The notes below the pieces were generated by a model. That model made no database searches, was not told where the DNA came from, and saw only the letters and a list, made by a program, of their open reading frames with translations. A stretch of 64,000 nucleotides of DNA. It comes from Candidatus Thorarchaeota archaeon (lineage in GTDB: Archaea > Asgardarchaeota > Thorarchaeia > Thorarchaeales > Thorarchaeaceae). Shown here in pieces: positions 55,849 through 64,000 of this stretch. Where the stretch lies: NCBI GenBank assembly GCA_046758445.1, contig JBHIAE010000008.1, positions 1 through 64,000 on the forward strand, written 5' to 3'. Position numbers and translations under genes: made by a program. Each line of letters begins with the position of its first letter. Within the stretch, counting starts at the first letter, position 1.

Positions 55849-56139
55849 CTATCTATAGCTCGCTTCCGACTCGACCACTTCTAAGAGATGCCGACGTGGG
55901 CCAATAAGGCTCATCTTCAATCGTCGATTTCGCTGGATTTTCCGCTCAAGCCGCATGGCGTCACTTCTAGTAGGACACTCTTCGAGATACACAAGGTACG
56001 TTGGCTTGTGCATTCTCAGATAAGACGCGGATTTCGAATTCCCCGACAGATGTTCTGTGAACCGTCTATGAAGATCATTGGTCTGACCTGTGTAGTAAGT
56101 CCCATCCTCAGTTTCGATTATGTAGACGAAGTACATCAC
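55849..56139 (-). CDS. GIY-YIG nuclease family protein
   Basis: YFVYII...YYTGQT..L.RR..EH, AMRLERKI. Confidence 0.9.
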   Translation of the reverse strand: MMYFVYIIETEDGTYYTGQTNDLHRRFTEHLSGNSKSASYLRMHKPTYLVYLEECPTRSDAMRLERKIQRNRRLKMSLIGPRRHLLEVVESEASYR

Positions 56140-56292
56140 TGAGCATCCTTGGGAGGAGAGTGTGTTTGCGATGATAAAGCCCTTTCTAATAGCTGGCTAT
56201 GTGTCCTCGCAATACTCACAAAATGGATTGAGGTGTCTACTAACTAGAGAAAGCCTATAACTGGCCGTGCTTTCTTTGAGGTCCGACACAGA

Positions 56293-57249
56293 ATGACCCA
56301 GAAGACGGCTCTTGTCACCGGTTGTGCAGGTTTCATCGGCAGCCATCTAGTGGACCAACTCTTGGAGAGAAACTACCTAGTGGTTGGTGTCGACAACCTG
56401 CGAACAGGGACTAGGGTCAATCTGAACGCCGCCCTAGAAGATCACAGGTTTGCATTCATGGAGAAGGACATCTGCGACGAGGACCTAGCCGAGAGCATAC
56501 GCTCGGACGTCAATGTCATCTACCATCTCGCAGCAATCTCTTCTGTCAAGTTGTCAACTGAGAGGCCTCTTCTTGTCTACAGAAACAATGTGACCGGCAC
56601 TGTAAATGTCTTGGAAGTCGCAAGACAAAGAGACATCGAGAGAGTCGTGTTCAGCTCAAGTGCTGCCGTATATGGCAATCCCCCAGAGATGCCAGTGTCC
56701 GAAGAAACACCTGTGTTCCCGGTCAGTCCGTATGCAGCATCCAAAATCTCTGCGGAGCAATATGTGAGAGCATACGGTTTGACTTACGGCATAGAGACCA
56801 TCGTCCTACGTTATTTCAACATATATGGCCCTAGGCAAGCATTCTCAGAGTATAGTGGCGTCATCTCAATCTTTATCAATCAGGCGCTGAGAGACAGCCC
56901 AATCACAATCGATGGCGATGGAAGCCAGACTCGTAGTTTCCTCTATGTGGACGATGCCATCACAGCCACACTCCTTGCCGGCGAGGTCAGCGGTACCGCC
57001 GAAACGACCTTGAATGTCTGTGGCGAGGAATCGATTCGTATCGACTCTTTGGCTCAACAGGTTCTCAAATCCGTTCAAGGCTCTCGGTCCGAGATTGTTC
57101 ATGGCCCTCCTAGAGTTGGGGATGTGAAACACAGCTCCGGAACAATTGTCAAGGCGCGGGAGTTACTCGGCTTTTCTCCGACAGTTCTCCTTGAGCTCGG
57201 AGTGACGAAGACCGTAGAATGGTTCAGGACTCATCCGGTGAGTAGATGA
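56293..57249 (+). CDS. NAD-dependent epimerase/dehydratase (UDP-glucose 4-epimerase-like)
   Basis: TGCAGFIGSH, HLAA, SSSAAVYG, YAASK, RYFNIYGPRQ. Confidence 0.93.
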   Translation: MTQKTALVTGCAGFIGSHLVDQLLERNYLVVGVDNLRTGTRVNLNAALEDHRFAFMEKDICDEDLAESIRSDVNVIYHLAAISSVKLSTERPLLVYRNNVTGTVNVLEVARQRDIERVVFSSSAAVYGNPPEMPVSEETPVFPVSPYAASKISAEQYVRAYGLTYGIETIVLRYFNIYGPRQAFSEYSGVISIFINQALRDSPITIDGDGSQTRSFLYVDDAITATLLAGEVSGTAETTLNVCGEESIRIDSLAQQVLKSVQGSRSEIVHGPPRVGDVKHSSGTIVKARELLGFSPTVLLELGVTKTVEWFRTHPVSR

Positions 57250-57256
57250 CCTGTCG

Positions 57257-60200
57257 TCACGTCACTGTGAGAATCAGGCTCATAGTGTCCACCACTCCTT
57301 CCTCCGTCTTCAGGACTAGCTGAACGAGATACTGAGCCACTATCAATCCTGTTGGCAAGAAGGCTGTCACCAACGGGGACGTACCATACAGGTCGCCAGG
57401 CCCTACAGTTCCTACGCCGAGGACGAACGTCGTGTTAGTGGGACTTACAGTGGGTGCGACATCTCCACTGTGCCAATTGACTGAGAAGTTACCTGCGTTG
57501 ATGACTATCTCCAGGGTTAGGTCATGACTCACGTTGTCGTTGTTTCTCAGAAGCGTTACCAGACTTGAATGGTCACCTGAAACCATTGTCACCGGGCTGA
57601 AGACGGCGCTGTCAAAGCCGACCTCACCAGTGCCGACTGCTGTCTGATTAAGCAGGCCAAACATCTCATAGTATGCCTCTATGACATTGCTTCCAAGAGT
57701 GACCCGCTCCCCAGTTTCAGCATCTACCAGGCCCACTCCACCGAGTTTCTCGATGACTATATTCTGTTGGGTTGTTTCCACTTCGAGAAAGACTGGGACA
57801 ACGAAGAAGAGATCACCTCCAAGATGATAGAGCAGCCTGTTGCCATATCTGTGAGAGCCCCATAATTGCAGCTGAGTACGGACTGCATCGTTGGTTTCGA
57901 AAGCTTGCTGAGCTGCTGAGGGGCCCAACAATGTCGAGAAGCCTAACTCACCTGCCTTGTAGAACCTCAGAACACCAAAGTCTTTGTTCCCAGATCCCAT
58001 GACGTATATTCCGGCCAGGTTTCGTCCTGGTGCGTCCCTGAACTCGCTATTGTGCATTGCTACGAATCGTTCCACTCCGCCGATGCGCATGATGATGTAC
58101 CGAGTATCGGACCCGTCCGGAGTTTCTTGAAAGTCATAACCACCTCTCCAGACTAGACCGTCAGTCACATGATAGATGTAGGCAACTTCGAGCTGACGCT
58201 CGTAGAGATCTTCGGGCCACTTCATCTGTGATTGCAGCCAGCTCGGCGTTGCAGTCCAGTTATAGTAGCTCATGTACGTGCTGTCTAGGAAGAAGGCACT
58301 GTCCTCCACAGGTGATTCGTAGAAGACCAACTCTCCTGTTTCAATGTCAACAAGTGCTACTCCTATGAACCGCATATAGTGTTCATGAGCATAGCCGGTG
58401 GCGAGAGGGTAGTCCACGAATATGGAAACTGCATAGTGTATCCTGCCATCAGGTGCAACAATGATGTAGGGATCTTTGTCGACTCGAAGGCCCTGAAGCA
58501 TGACTGCCTGCACTCTCGAGACCACATCTCGCTGAACAAGCATGTCCATATCTCGACCCAGAAACGACCATGCCTCTGGACCCATTGTGAGTATGTAGAA
58601 GAACGACTCAAAGCCGCTAAGAGTGTAGTCAGGTTGTCCTTGGAACGTCACGTTTCCAACCTCGTTGAATCCAGGAACGTTCACAAAGACGACATCTGAG
58701 AACCCTCTTCCTTCACCATAGTAGGTGTTCACCATTGATGTTCGATTGAGTAGAGCAATCAGGTTGTCTCCTTCAACAATGTCTCCACTGTAGGCGTCCA
58801 AGACAACCAACCCTTCGGTATGAGTGTAGATTAGATGTTGGTTGATGAAGCTGGTGGTAGTAGCCTCAACATCAAATGTCAAAGGAGCAATCCAGTACTC
58901 GTGACTTTGCAGAAACACTATGTCAGAGTCTGCAAGCTGCATCCAGTTGGTCCCAATCTGATTTCTCATCCGCTTATAGCTTGCTTCCTGGTCCCATTGA
59001 CGTACAGTAGTCAGATACTCCACTTCGCCCTCGGGCGTTGCGTTCAGAGTCAAGTCATCGAGGGCCTGAATCTGCATGTCGGCTACGCCAGCCGCCCAGT
59101 TAGTGATCTCAATCTCCTTGCGAGTTTCATATTCGAATTTCCAGTCCAGGTACTTGTCGCCCTCCATCTGGATACCATAGTATACTGCCTGGATGGCAGG
59201 CAGCATCACCACGACAAGTATGAGAATCACTGCAACGACACCAAACCTGCGCTGCACTCCAAAGATTGGAACCAATCTTTCGAACTTCAGTCGCCTAAGC
59301 TCGTTGCCTATGTTGGCCCGATCTTCCATCAGGAGTGTTACTCTTCTCTTGTAGTCCTGGGCATCGATAGCGCCCGACTCATACTCCTGTCGGAGTGACA
59401 TGAGCTCCCCCTGTAGACGCGCAAGGTCCTCCTCAAGGTTAGATATCTTTCCCCGCAGCCGCTGTTGCGCATCGCCAGACCTGACCCTCACGAACATGAA
59501 GAGAAGCGCCCCGATGAAAGATGCAGCTAGAGCAACAATTAGGGCAACGTATGACATCCATGTTCCGGCATTGACTGTCCACATTGGAACGCTGAGAATC
59601 TCCAGTATGATGGCTAGAGCGACGACGAAGAGGCCCTTGGAAATCACTACGAACATGTCCCGTCGTGCTGTCATCATGTCAGTGACCACGCTCAGTGCAA
59701 TCCGACCAGCAGTGAAGATGACGAAAGTCGCTATGAGGCCCATGTAGAGTTGGTAAGCCTCCATGGCCGGAATTATGCTGATGACTGATGAGGCTGGAGT
59801 CCCCGGAGCAAAGGGCAAGGCGAACAGCGTGCCTACTTCTCCGGGCGAGATTGAGATGGAACCATCGCCCATCAGCATCATTAGAAACGCTACGTTTTGA
59901 CCTGTGACTGAGTAGCCTCCGGTCGCAACATAGTACATGAAGAGACCGCCAAATTGGAGGAGCCTCCATGCAACCGCCGATCGGAGTTCCAGACGCTTTG
60001 GAATTGCCCCTGTCTGGGCAAGGGCAGACAGGAATGACAGGAAGGTCGATCGCTGGGGGAGAGTGATCATACTAAGAATGGTAAGCAGCAGTGACGCTGT
60101 GAAGATGTTGTTCTTGAGCGTCCACGTTTGCCAGAAGTCCACTCCGGCCTTTGCGTCGTAAGTGTTCTGGAAGATTACCTGGCCTAAGAACCAACCGTAG

Positions 60201-60298
60201 CCGGCGCCCAGGGCTGTAATGATGACTGCTGCTAGGATAACCAGAATGATGAGGACTCGTCCGATTCTCATAAGGTCTGTACCTCTTGATAGCGTCAA
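57257..60298 (-). CDS. UPF0182-family large membrane protein
   Basis: Multiple N-terminal TMs, TVRQWD, HLIYTH, YYGE, DKDPY, WPEDL, GPSAAQ, YGN. Confidence 0.75.
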   Translation of the reverse strand: MTLSRGTDLMRIGRVLIILVILAAVIITALGAGYGWFLGQVIFQNTYDAKAGVDFWQTWTLKNNIFTASLLLTILSMITLPQRSTFLSFLSALAQTGAIPKRLELRSAVAWRLLQFGGLFMYYVATGGYSVTGQNVAFLMMLMGDGSISISPGEVGTLFALPFAPGTPASSVISIIPAMEAYQLYMGLIATFVIFTAGRIALSVVTDMMTARRDMFVVISKGLFVVALAIILEILSVPMWTVNAGTWMSYVALIVALAASFIGALLFMFVRVRSGDAQQRLRGKISNLEEDLARLQGELMSLRQEYESGAIDAQDYKRRVTLLMEDRANIGNELRRLKFERLVPIFGVQRRFGVVAVILILVVVMLPAIQAVYYGIQMEGDKYLDWKFEYETRKEIEITNWAAGVADMQIQALDDLTLNATPEGEVEYLTTVRQWDQEASYKRMRNQIGTNWMQLADSDIVFLQSHEYWIAPLTFDVEATTTSFINQHLIYTHTEGLVVLDAYSGDIVEGDNLIALLNRTSMVNTYYGEGRGFSDVVFVNVPGFNEVGNVTFQGQPDYTLSGFESFFYILTMGPEAWSFLGRDMDMLVQRDVVSRVQAVMLQGLRVDKDPYIIVAPDGRIHYAVSIFVDYPLATGYAHEHYMRFIGVALVDIETGELVFYESPVEDSAFFLDSTYMSYYNWTATPSWLQSQMKWPEDLYERQLEVAYIYHVTDGLVWRGGYDFQETPDGSDTRYIIMRIGGVERFVAMHNSEFRDAPGRNLAGIYVMGSGNKDFGVLRFYKAGELGFSTLLGPSAAQQAFETNDAVRTQLQLWGSHRYGNRLLYHLGGDLFFVVPVFLEVETTQQNIVIEKLGGVGLVDAETGERVTLGSNVIEAYYEMFGLLNQTAVGTGEVGFDSAVFSPVTMVSGDHSSLVTLLRNNDNVSHDLTLEIVINAGNFSVNWHSGDVAPTVSPTNTTFVLGVGTVGPGDLYGTSPLVTAFLPTGLIVAQYLVQLVLKTEEGVVDTMSLILTVT

Positions 60299-60618
60299 GT
60301 CACCAAGTATTATGATGCATATGAGGCTATGGTTATCTGAAATGGCCGGCTAATCTAAACCAGTAGAAGGCCAGAAACTGCCCTTTTCTGACGTCAATTC
60401 GGAAGCAATATCAGTGCGAAATAGATGTACTTTCGTTATGGCACGGCCATTATGGTCTGTACACCTTCTGAAGAAGACGCTTCCAAGCGTCAGAAACATC
60501 GCCAAGATGACCAATATCCCTGTCATTGGGAGGATTATTGGCCAATGCTCTTCGGGAACGACGATGTCATCTGTCCGCCGAAGGACAGTGTGGCCCGGGG
60601 GCACACTGATCACATCCA

Positions 60619-61506
60619 TTGTACTCCAGGGAGTTGGACACCTTGAGAGAAAAGCCTAGAGTGATCGATTTCAGAAGATTTCAGAACATGGTGTATGACT
60701 ACGCTCAGACTAGGGAATTCCTTGGAAACGTTGACCTGCGTTCGCCCCTTGTGATGGACTTCATAATGCTCATGGCTGAGAACCGCATGATTCCTGAACA
60801 CCGAGAGATAAGCATTGAACAGACCATGAGGGAACGGGAAGTCCAATTCCTTGACTGGTTTCTTCTGGAGAGAGAGTTTCACGATGGAAAGACAATCGGT
60901 GAGCTGTACATCGACAGCGAGAGCTTCGAACGCGACTTCGGCCTTGCAGCAACGGCAGACCTAAGACGGATTGTACAAACACTCAGAGAACCCATCTGGA
61001 ATGATTTCACTGTCGTCGGGAAGCAAGAAAAGGACCGGTACTGGGTGGAGCAGTTTGACACTGACAACGCATTTCTCGTTCATGATAAGTCGACCTTTGT
61101 CCGGTTCGAGGTTGGTGCGACCTTCTATTCAAAGCTGATTCCGTTTGGTGGCGTGTATTATCTGGGAACTGACCCAATCATAATACCTAAGGAGCGCGTA
61201 GAGAAGTACTTCAAGGTCAAGGCGCTCTTAGAATCACTTGAGGAAAGGCTTGAAGTGTTCATGGAGGGAAAGGCGGGTCTTGCTCCCAAGACTCGACGCA
61301 AGTATGAGGAGTCGATTCCACTCCTGCTAGACTTCGTTGATTTCAAGCACTACACGAAACCGAGTCAGGTCAAGGATCTCGACGTAGACACGATGATAAA
61401 GTGGGCTAGTGAGGAGTTCTGGCTCTCCAAATGGAAGGAGGACCAATATCGCAGTGCGATCAAGCACATCGTGAGGTACCTATCCAAGATAGAGAACTGG
61501 GAGTAG
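60619..61506 (+). CDS. Hypothetical protein with C-terminal integrase SAM-like (core-binding)-like helical domain
   Basis: FLDWFLLE...GKTIGELY; C-terminal GLAPKTRRKY....LLLDF...YRSAIKHIVRYL; start uncertain. Confidence 0.65.
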   Translation: MYSRELDTLREKPRVIDFRRFQNMVYDYAQTREFLGNVDLRSPLVMDFIMLMAENRMIPEHREISIEQTMREREVQFLDWFLLEREFHDGKTIGELYIDSESFERDFGLAATADLRRIVQTLREPIWNDFTVVGKQEKDRYWVEQFDTDNAFLVHDKSTFVRFEVGATFYSKLIPFGGVYYLGTDPIIIPKERVEKYFKVKALLESLEERLEVFMEGKAGLAPKTRRKYEESIPLLLDFVDFKHYTKPSQVKDLDVDTMIKWASEEFWLSKWKEDQYRSAIKHIVRYLSKIENWE

Positions 61507-61668
61507 AGAGCGGCAAAGATTGCGAAGCAGGTGGTGAAGAGGGCATCTGACTCGCGCTGAACAGAGACCAGAAACAATCTGCCCAACTCTGTCCAAGTTC
61601 GAGGTAGCTGTTCGTAGTCCTTCTGATGCATTCATCTCATAGAAGGCTTGGACAACAACCATGTTGGA

Positions 61669-62106
61669 TCAGGACTCAACTTTCGTGCGGAACTCTTCCA
61701 ATAGGCGGGAAGCAAGATCGAAGACAATCCTTGCTTGTTCAACTGCACGACTGGCATCCGCCTGGGTGAACAGCTCGTCGGGCGGCGTGCCCGAGCTCTC
61801 ATCACCGTACATTGCCAGGCCTGTTACACCAGAGAGCTGGCGTGATATGATACGTACACGGTCAATCTCGGTTTCGAACCAGTCCGGAAACATCTCTCGA
61901 TTGTGCAAGATTAGATCACTGACCTCATGACTCCCCGGATATTCGATTCCAAAAAGCCGGAGAACAGACTTTGTCGATATCTCGACGCACTCCTGTGAGT
62001 ATCGTATGGCCTCAGGGTAGTCTTTCCGCTTCAACGCCGCAGGCGCATCGACCAGACGTGACCTTGCCCTCTTTAAGTACCCCTGGGCCATGTCAATGTT
62101 CGTCAT
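61669..62106 (-). CDS. HEPN domain protein
   Basis: YLKRARSRL, AIRYSQECVEISTKSVL, YPGSHEV, AMYGDE. Confidence 0.9.
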   Translation of the reverse strand: MTNIDMAQGYLKRARSRLVDAPAALKRKDYPEAIRYSQECVEISTKSVLRLFGIEYPGSHEVSDLILHNREMFPDWFETEIDRVRIISRQLSGVTGLAMYGDESSGTPPDELFTQADASRAVEQARIVFDLASRLLEEFRTKVES

Positions 62107-62846
62107 ATCTCGAAGACTTCCCCCATCTTGACTCCTTCCTTCATCACCCAGTACCAGCTTCTGTCAGGAAGTACGACACGTTTCGACCCCAACTCCTTCA
62201 TTCTGGCCTCCACACGTTCTAGAATCTTCCTCATGAATCCGTCCCGGTCAAGGAGAATGACTGCGTCTAGTACTAAGTCCATGTACAACAGTCTTGGACT
62301 GTTCGCCTCTTCTGCGTCGAGAGTCAGGAATTGTATAGGTGCCAGTATGCCATCTTGTTGCCACATGTTCTTCCGGACAGGAGTGAGTGACAAGTCTATC
62401 TTGCCAATGTCCTCGGCTCTCTCCATGACCGACTTCTCCCATTCCTTCACCACCAACAGCACATCAACATCGCTCTCAGAGCTCGCATCACCACGAGCAA
62501 CGGAGCCAAAGACTGTGACGGACAACAGATGCCGTCCGAACTTGTCAAGAAGGGCTGAGAGAAGCCCCCGGAACAGTGGGTCGTAGGGGGTGCTGAGGAG
62601 TCTTCCGAGCTTCACTGCTCCACTGGTTGCGGCCGCAAGATACGACGGGCTGAGAAGCTGATACAAACCTCGTTCAATTCGTATCGCAGACCCATGCTCC
62701 ACAAACCGACTCATCAAGATTCGTACTGACGGCCTCGTTTCACGAAGAACATCCGATGCGGTACTGAGGTCAAATGCTTTCGATCCATGGACATACCAGA
62801 GCTTGCTGTATGCCTTTCCCAGCCAGCGTGGCATCCATCTCATCAT
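62103..62846 (-). CDS. Minimal nucleotidyltransferase (MNT) with N-terminal winged helix
   Basis: FGSVARGDASSESDVDVLLV; N-terminal HTH ending RIERGLYQL; ATGA overlap with the HEPN gene. Confidence 0.88.
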   Translation of the reverse strand: MMRWMPRWLGKAYSKLWYVHGSKAFDLSTASDVLRETRPSVRILMSRFVEHGSAIRIERGLYQLLSPSYLAAATSGAVKLGRLLSTPYDPLFRGLLSALLDKFGRHLLSVTVFGSVARGDASSESDVDVLLVVKEWEKSVMERAEDIGKIDLSLTPVRKNMWQQDGILAPIQFLTLDAEEANSPRLLYMDLVLDAVILLDRDGFMRKILERVEARMKELGSKRVVLPDRSWYWVMKEGVKMGEVFEI

Positions 62847-63362
62847 TGTTACCTATTTGGTAGTCATAACCAAACAGTCTATAAACATTCCGACCAATGT
62901 AACAGGACAATGGAAGCACCGGACCACAAACAGCTCCAAAGGTTGTGCCGTTTCTCGTTCAACGCCCGTTTTCTGGGGTCACCAGGGATTGTTTGACATG
63001 GGCCCACTTGCGATTGGACCGGCCGGCCACAAGGACACGGCTACGCCTTGATGGAATGGACGTCAAATACCGTCGACTGAAGTCAATGGCTTGTACAGTC
63101 AGTCGGTAACTGCCCACGTCTGAGCCGTTGGCTGGACCCCGGACCTAATGCGATATGCGACACTGAGGCACCACTCTCTCGTCCCACTGATTGTATTCAA
63201 GCACGTACAGGATACCTATTCCTCCCACGACCGAAGTCGCGGGTATCCTAGATGAAGCCTTGTGAAGATTGGCCGCTTAGAAGACGGCAAAGGCTGCGAA
63301 ACAGGGTGAAGAAGGCAATCTGATCCTCGTTGAATGCGTCGGCTAGCGGGAAAACGAGTAGG

Positions 63363-63421
63363 CCTACATATTTCCTCTCTACATATTCTCTATTCTCTCT
63401 TTATTCTCTCTATGTTCTCTC
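63363..63421. repeat. Pyrimidine-rich imperfect tandem repeats (CTACATATT twice; TATTCTCT three to four times)
   Basis: ctacatatttcctct ctacatattctc tattctctct ttattctctc tatgttctct. Confidence 0.55.
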
Positions 63422-63545
63422 AAGTGTCCCGAACAGAAGCCAGCAACAATCTGTCCAACTTCGCCCAACCTGCAATGAAAGGTCTTTCATGCTAGAGTCT
63501 TTCGATGAAACTTGGTCTAGTCTGAGAAACGCTGGGACTACAGTG

Positions 63546-64000
63546 TCAGACTGTATCGATTTGGAGCCAGTCTAGTGAAGCTCGCAGTTGTTCAAGTACC
63601 TCGGTCATTTGAGGTACTGGGTGAACCAGTCTCTCGAGACTCTTCCCCCAATACTCAGACAGGACTTGCTCAAGATGGGGGGAAAGATGTCCTTGATTGT
63701 GGGCCACGGTATGTTCTTAGCTCTCAGCTTCCTGCGGAGAATCTCTCGAACTCGGCTTCGGTTTATCCTAGATTCAGCCATTCTCCAGACGTCGTAATAG
63801 TCTCGTGCTTTCCCACGTTGCAAGATTGCTCTCAGTTTCTCTGCAAGTATCTCCTCTCTACTTAGAACTCGTACTTCGAAACTGGGGTAGTCGGAGTATA
63901 CTTGCCAGAGCGGTAGGCTCTGGATGGTTCACAATGGAGAGTCGGATGTCATGTCTACTCTCAGCCAGTTCCTGTGTAGTATAGCGTAATACTGGACCTT
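63546..64000 (-). pseudogene. AbiEii-family nucleotidyltransferase toxin, 3' part, disrupted (in-frame TGA near 63930 and a frameshift in a C6 run near 63680); 5' end outside the window
   Basis: Manual translation: LRVDMT...YSDYPSFEVRVLSREEILAEKLRAILQRGKARDYYDVW. Adding one C gives FPPHLEQVLSEYWGKSLERLVHPVPQMTEVLEQLR* ending at 63546. Confidence 0.8.

Noticed and set aside
55849-56139. Homing endonuclease or mobile intron
   Set aside because: Short stand-alone GIY-YIG domain, not inside another gene.
60350-60659. Short ORFs 60350-60619(-), 60414-60659(+) and 60425-60646(+)
   Set aside because: Mutually overlapping with no motifs; none can be supported.
60619-61506. Tyrosine integrase / integrated element
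   Set aside because: No catalytic domain, att repeats or adjacent tRNA were seen.
63363-63421. CRISPR array
   Set aside because: The units are 8-10 bp with no spacers, and there are no cas genes.
63929-63931. In-frame TGA as selenocysteine
   Set aside because: Not a redox Cys position in AbiEii, the gene has another frameshift, and no SECIS-like element was recognised.

Overview
Gene-dense archaeal chromosomal segment of about 50% GC, most likely from an Asgard archaeon (Thorarchaeia-like). The assignment is inferred from a Rab-like GTPase, a longin-domain protein, A/V-type ATP synthase subunits, TrmI and TATA-like promoters. From left to right it contains: a tetrahydrofolate C1 cluster (ftcD-folD-fhs) divergent from a form IV RuBisCO-like protein and an old yellow enzyme; assorted metabolic genes; a Rab-like GTPase; glmM; a small coiled-coil protein ending in an Ena/VASP F-actin-binding-like motif; a bacillithiol cluster (frameshifted bshB, bshA, bshC); pyrF; HEAT, HerA, alpha-solenoid and longin proteins; scrambled ATP synthase genes (I, H, E, K, C); a candidate undescribed membrane system; LarA, FGGY and epimerase genes; a UPF0182 protein; and a toxin-antitoxin-rich end (HEPN-MNT, disrupted AbiEii). 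The candidate system consists of a CCDC47-like protein, an unknown protein, a CstA-family transporter, two small paralogues and an asymmetric pair of Get3/ArsA ATPases. No rRNA, tRNA, CRISPR array or transposase was recognised. All homology calls come from motif recognition by eye, not from database searches.
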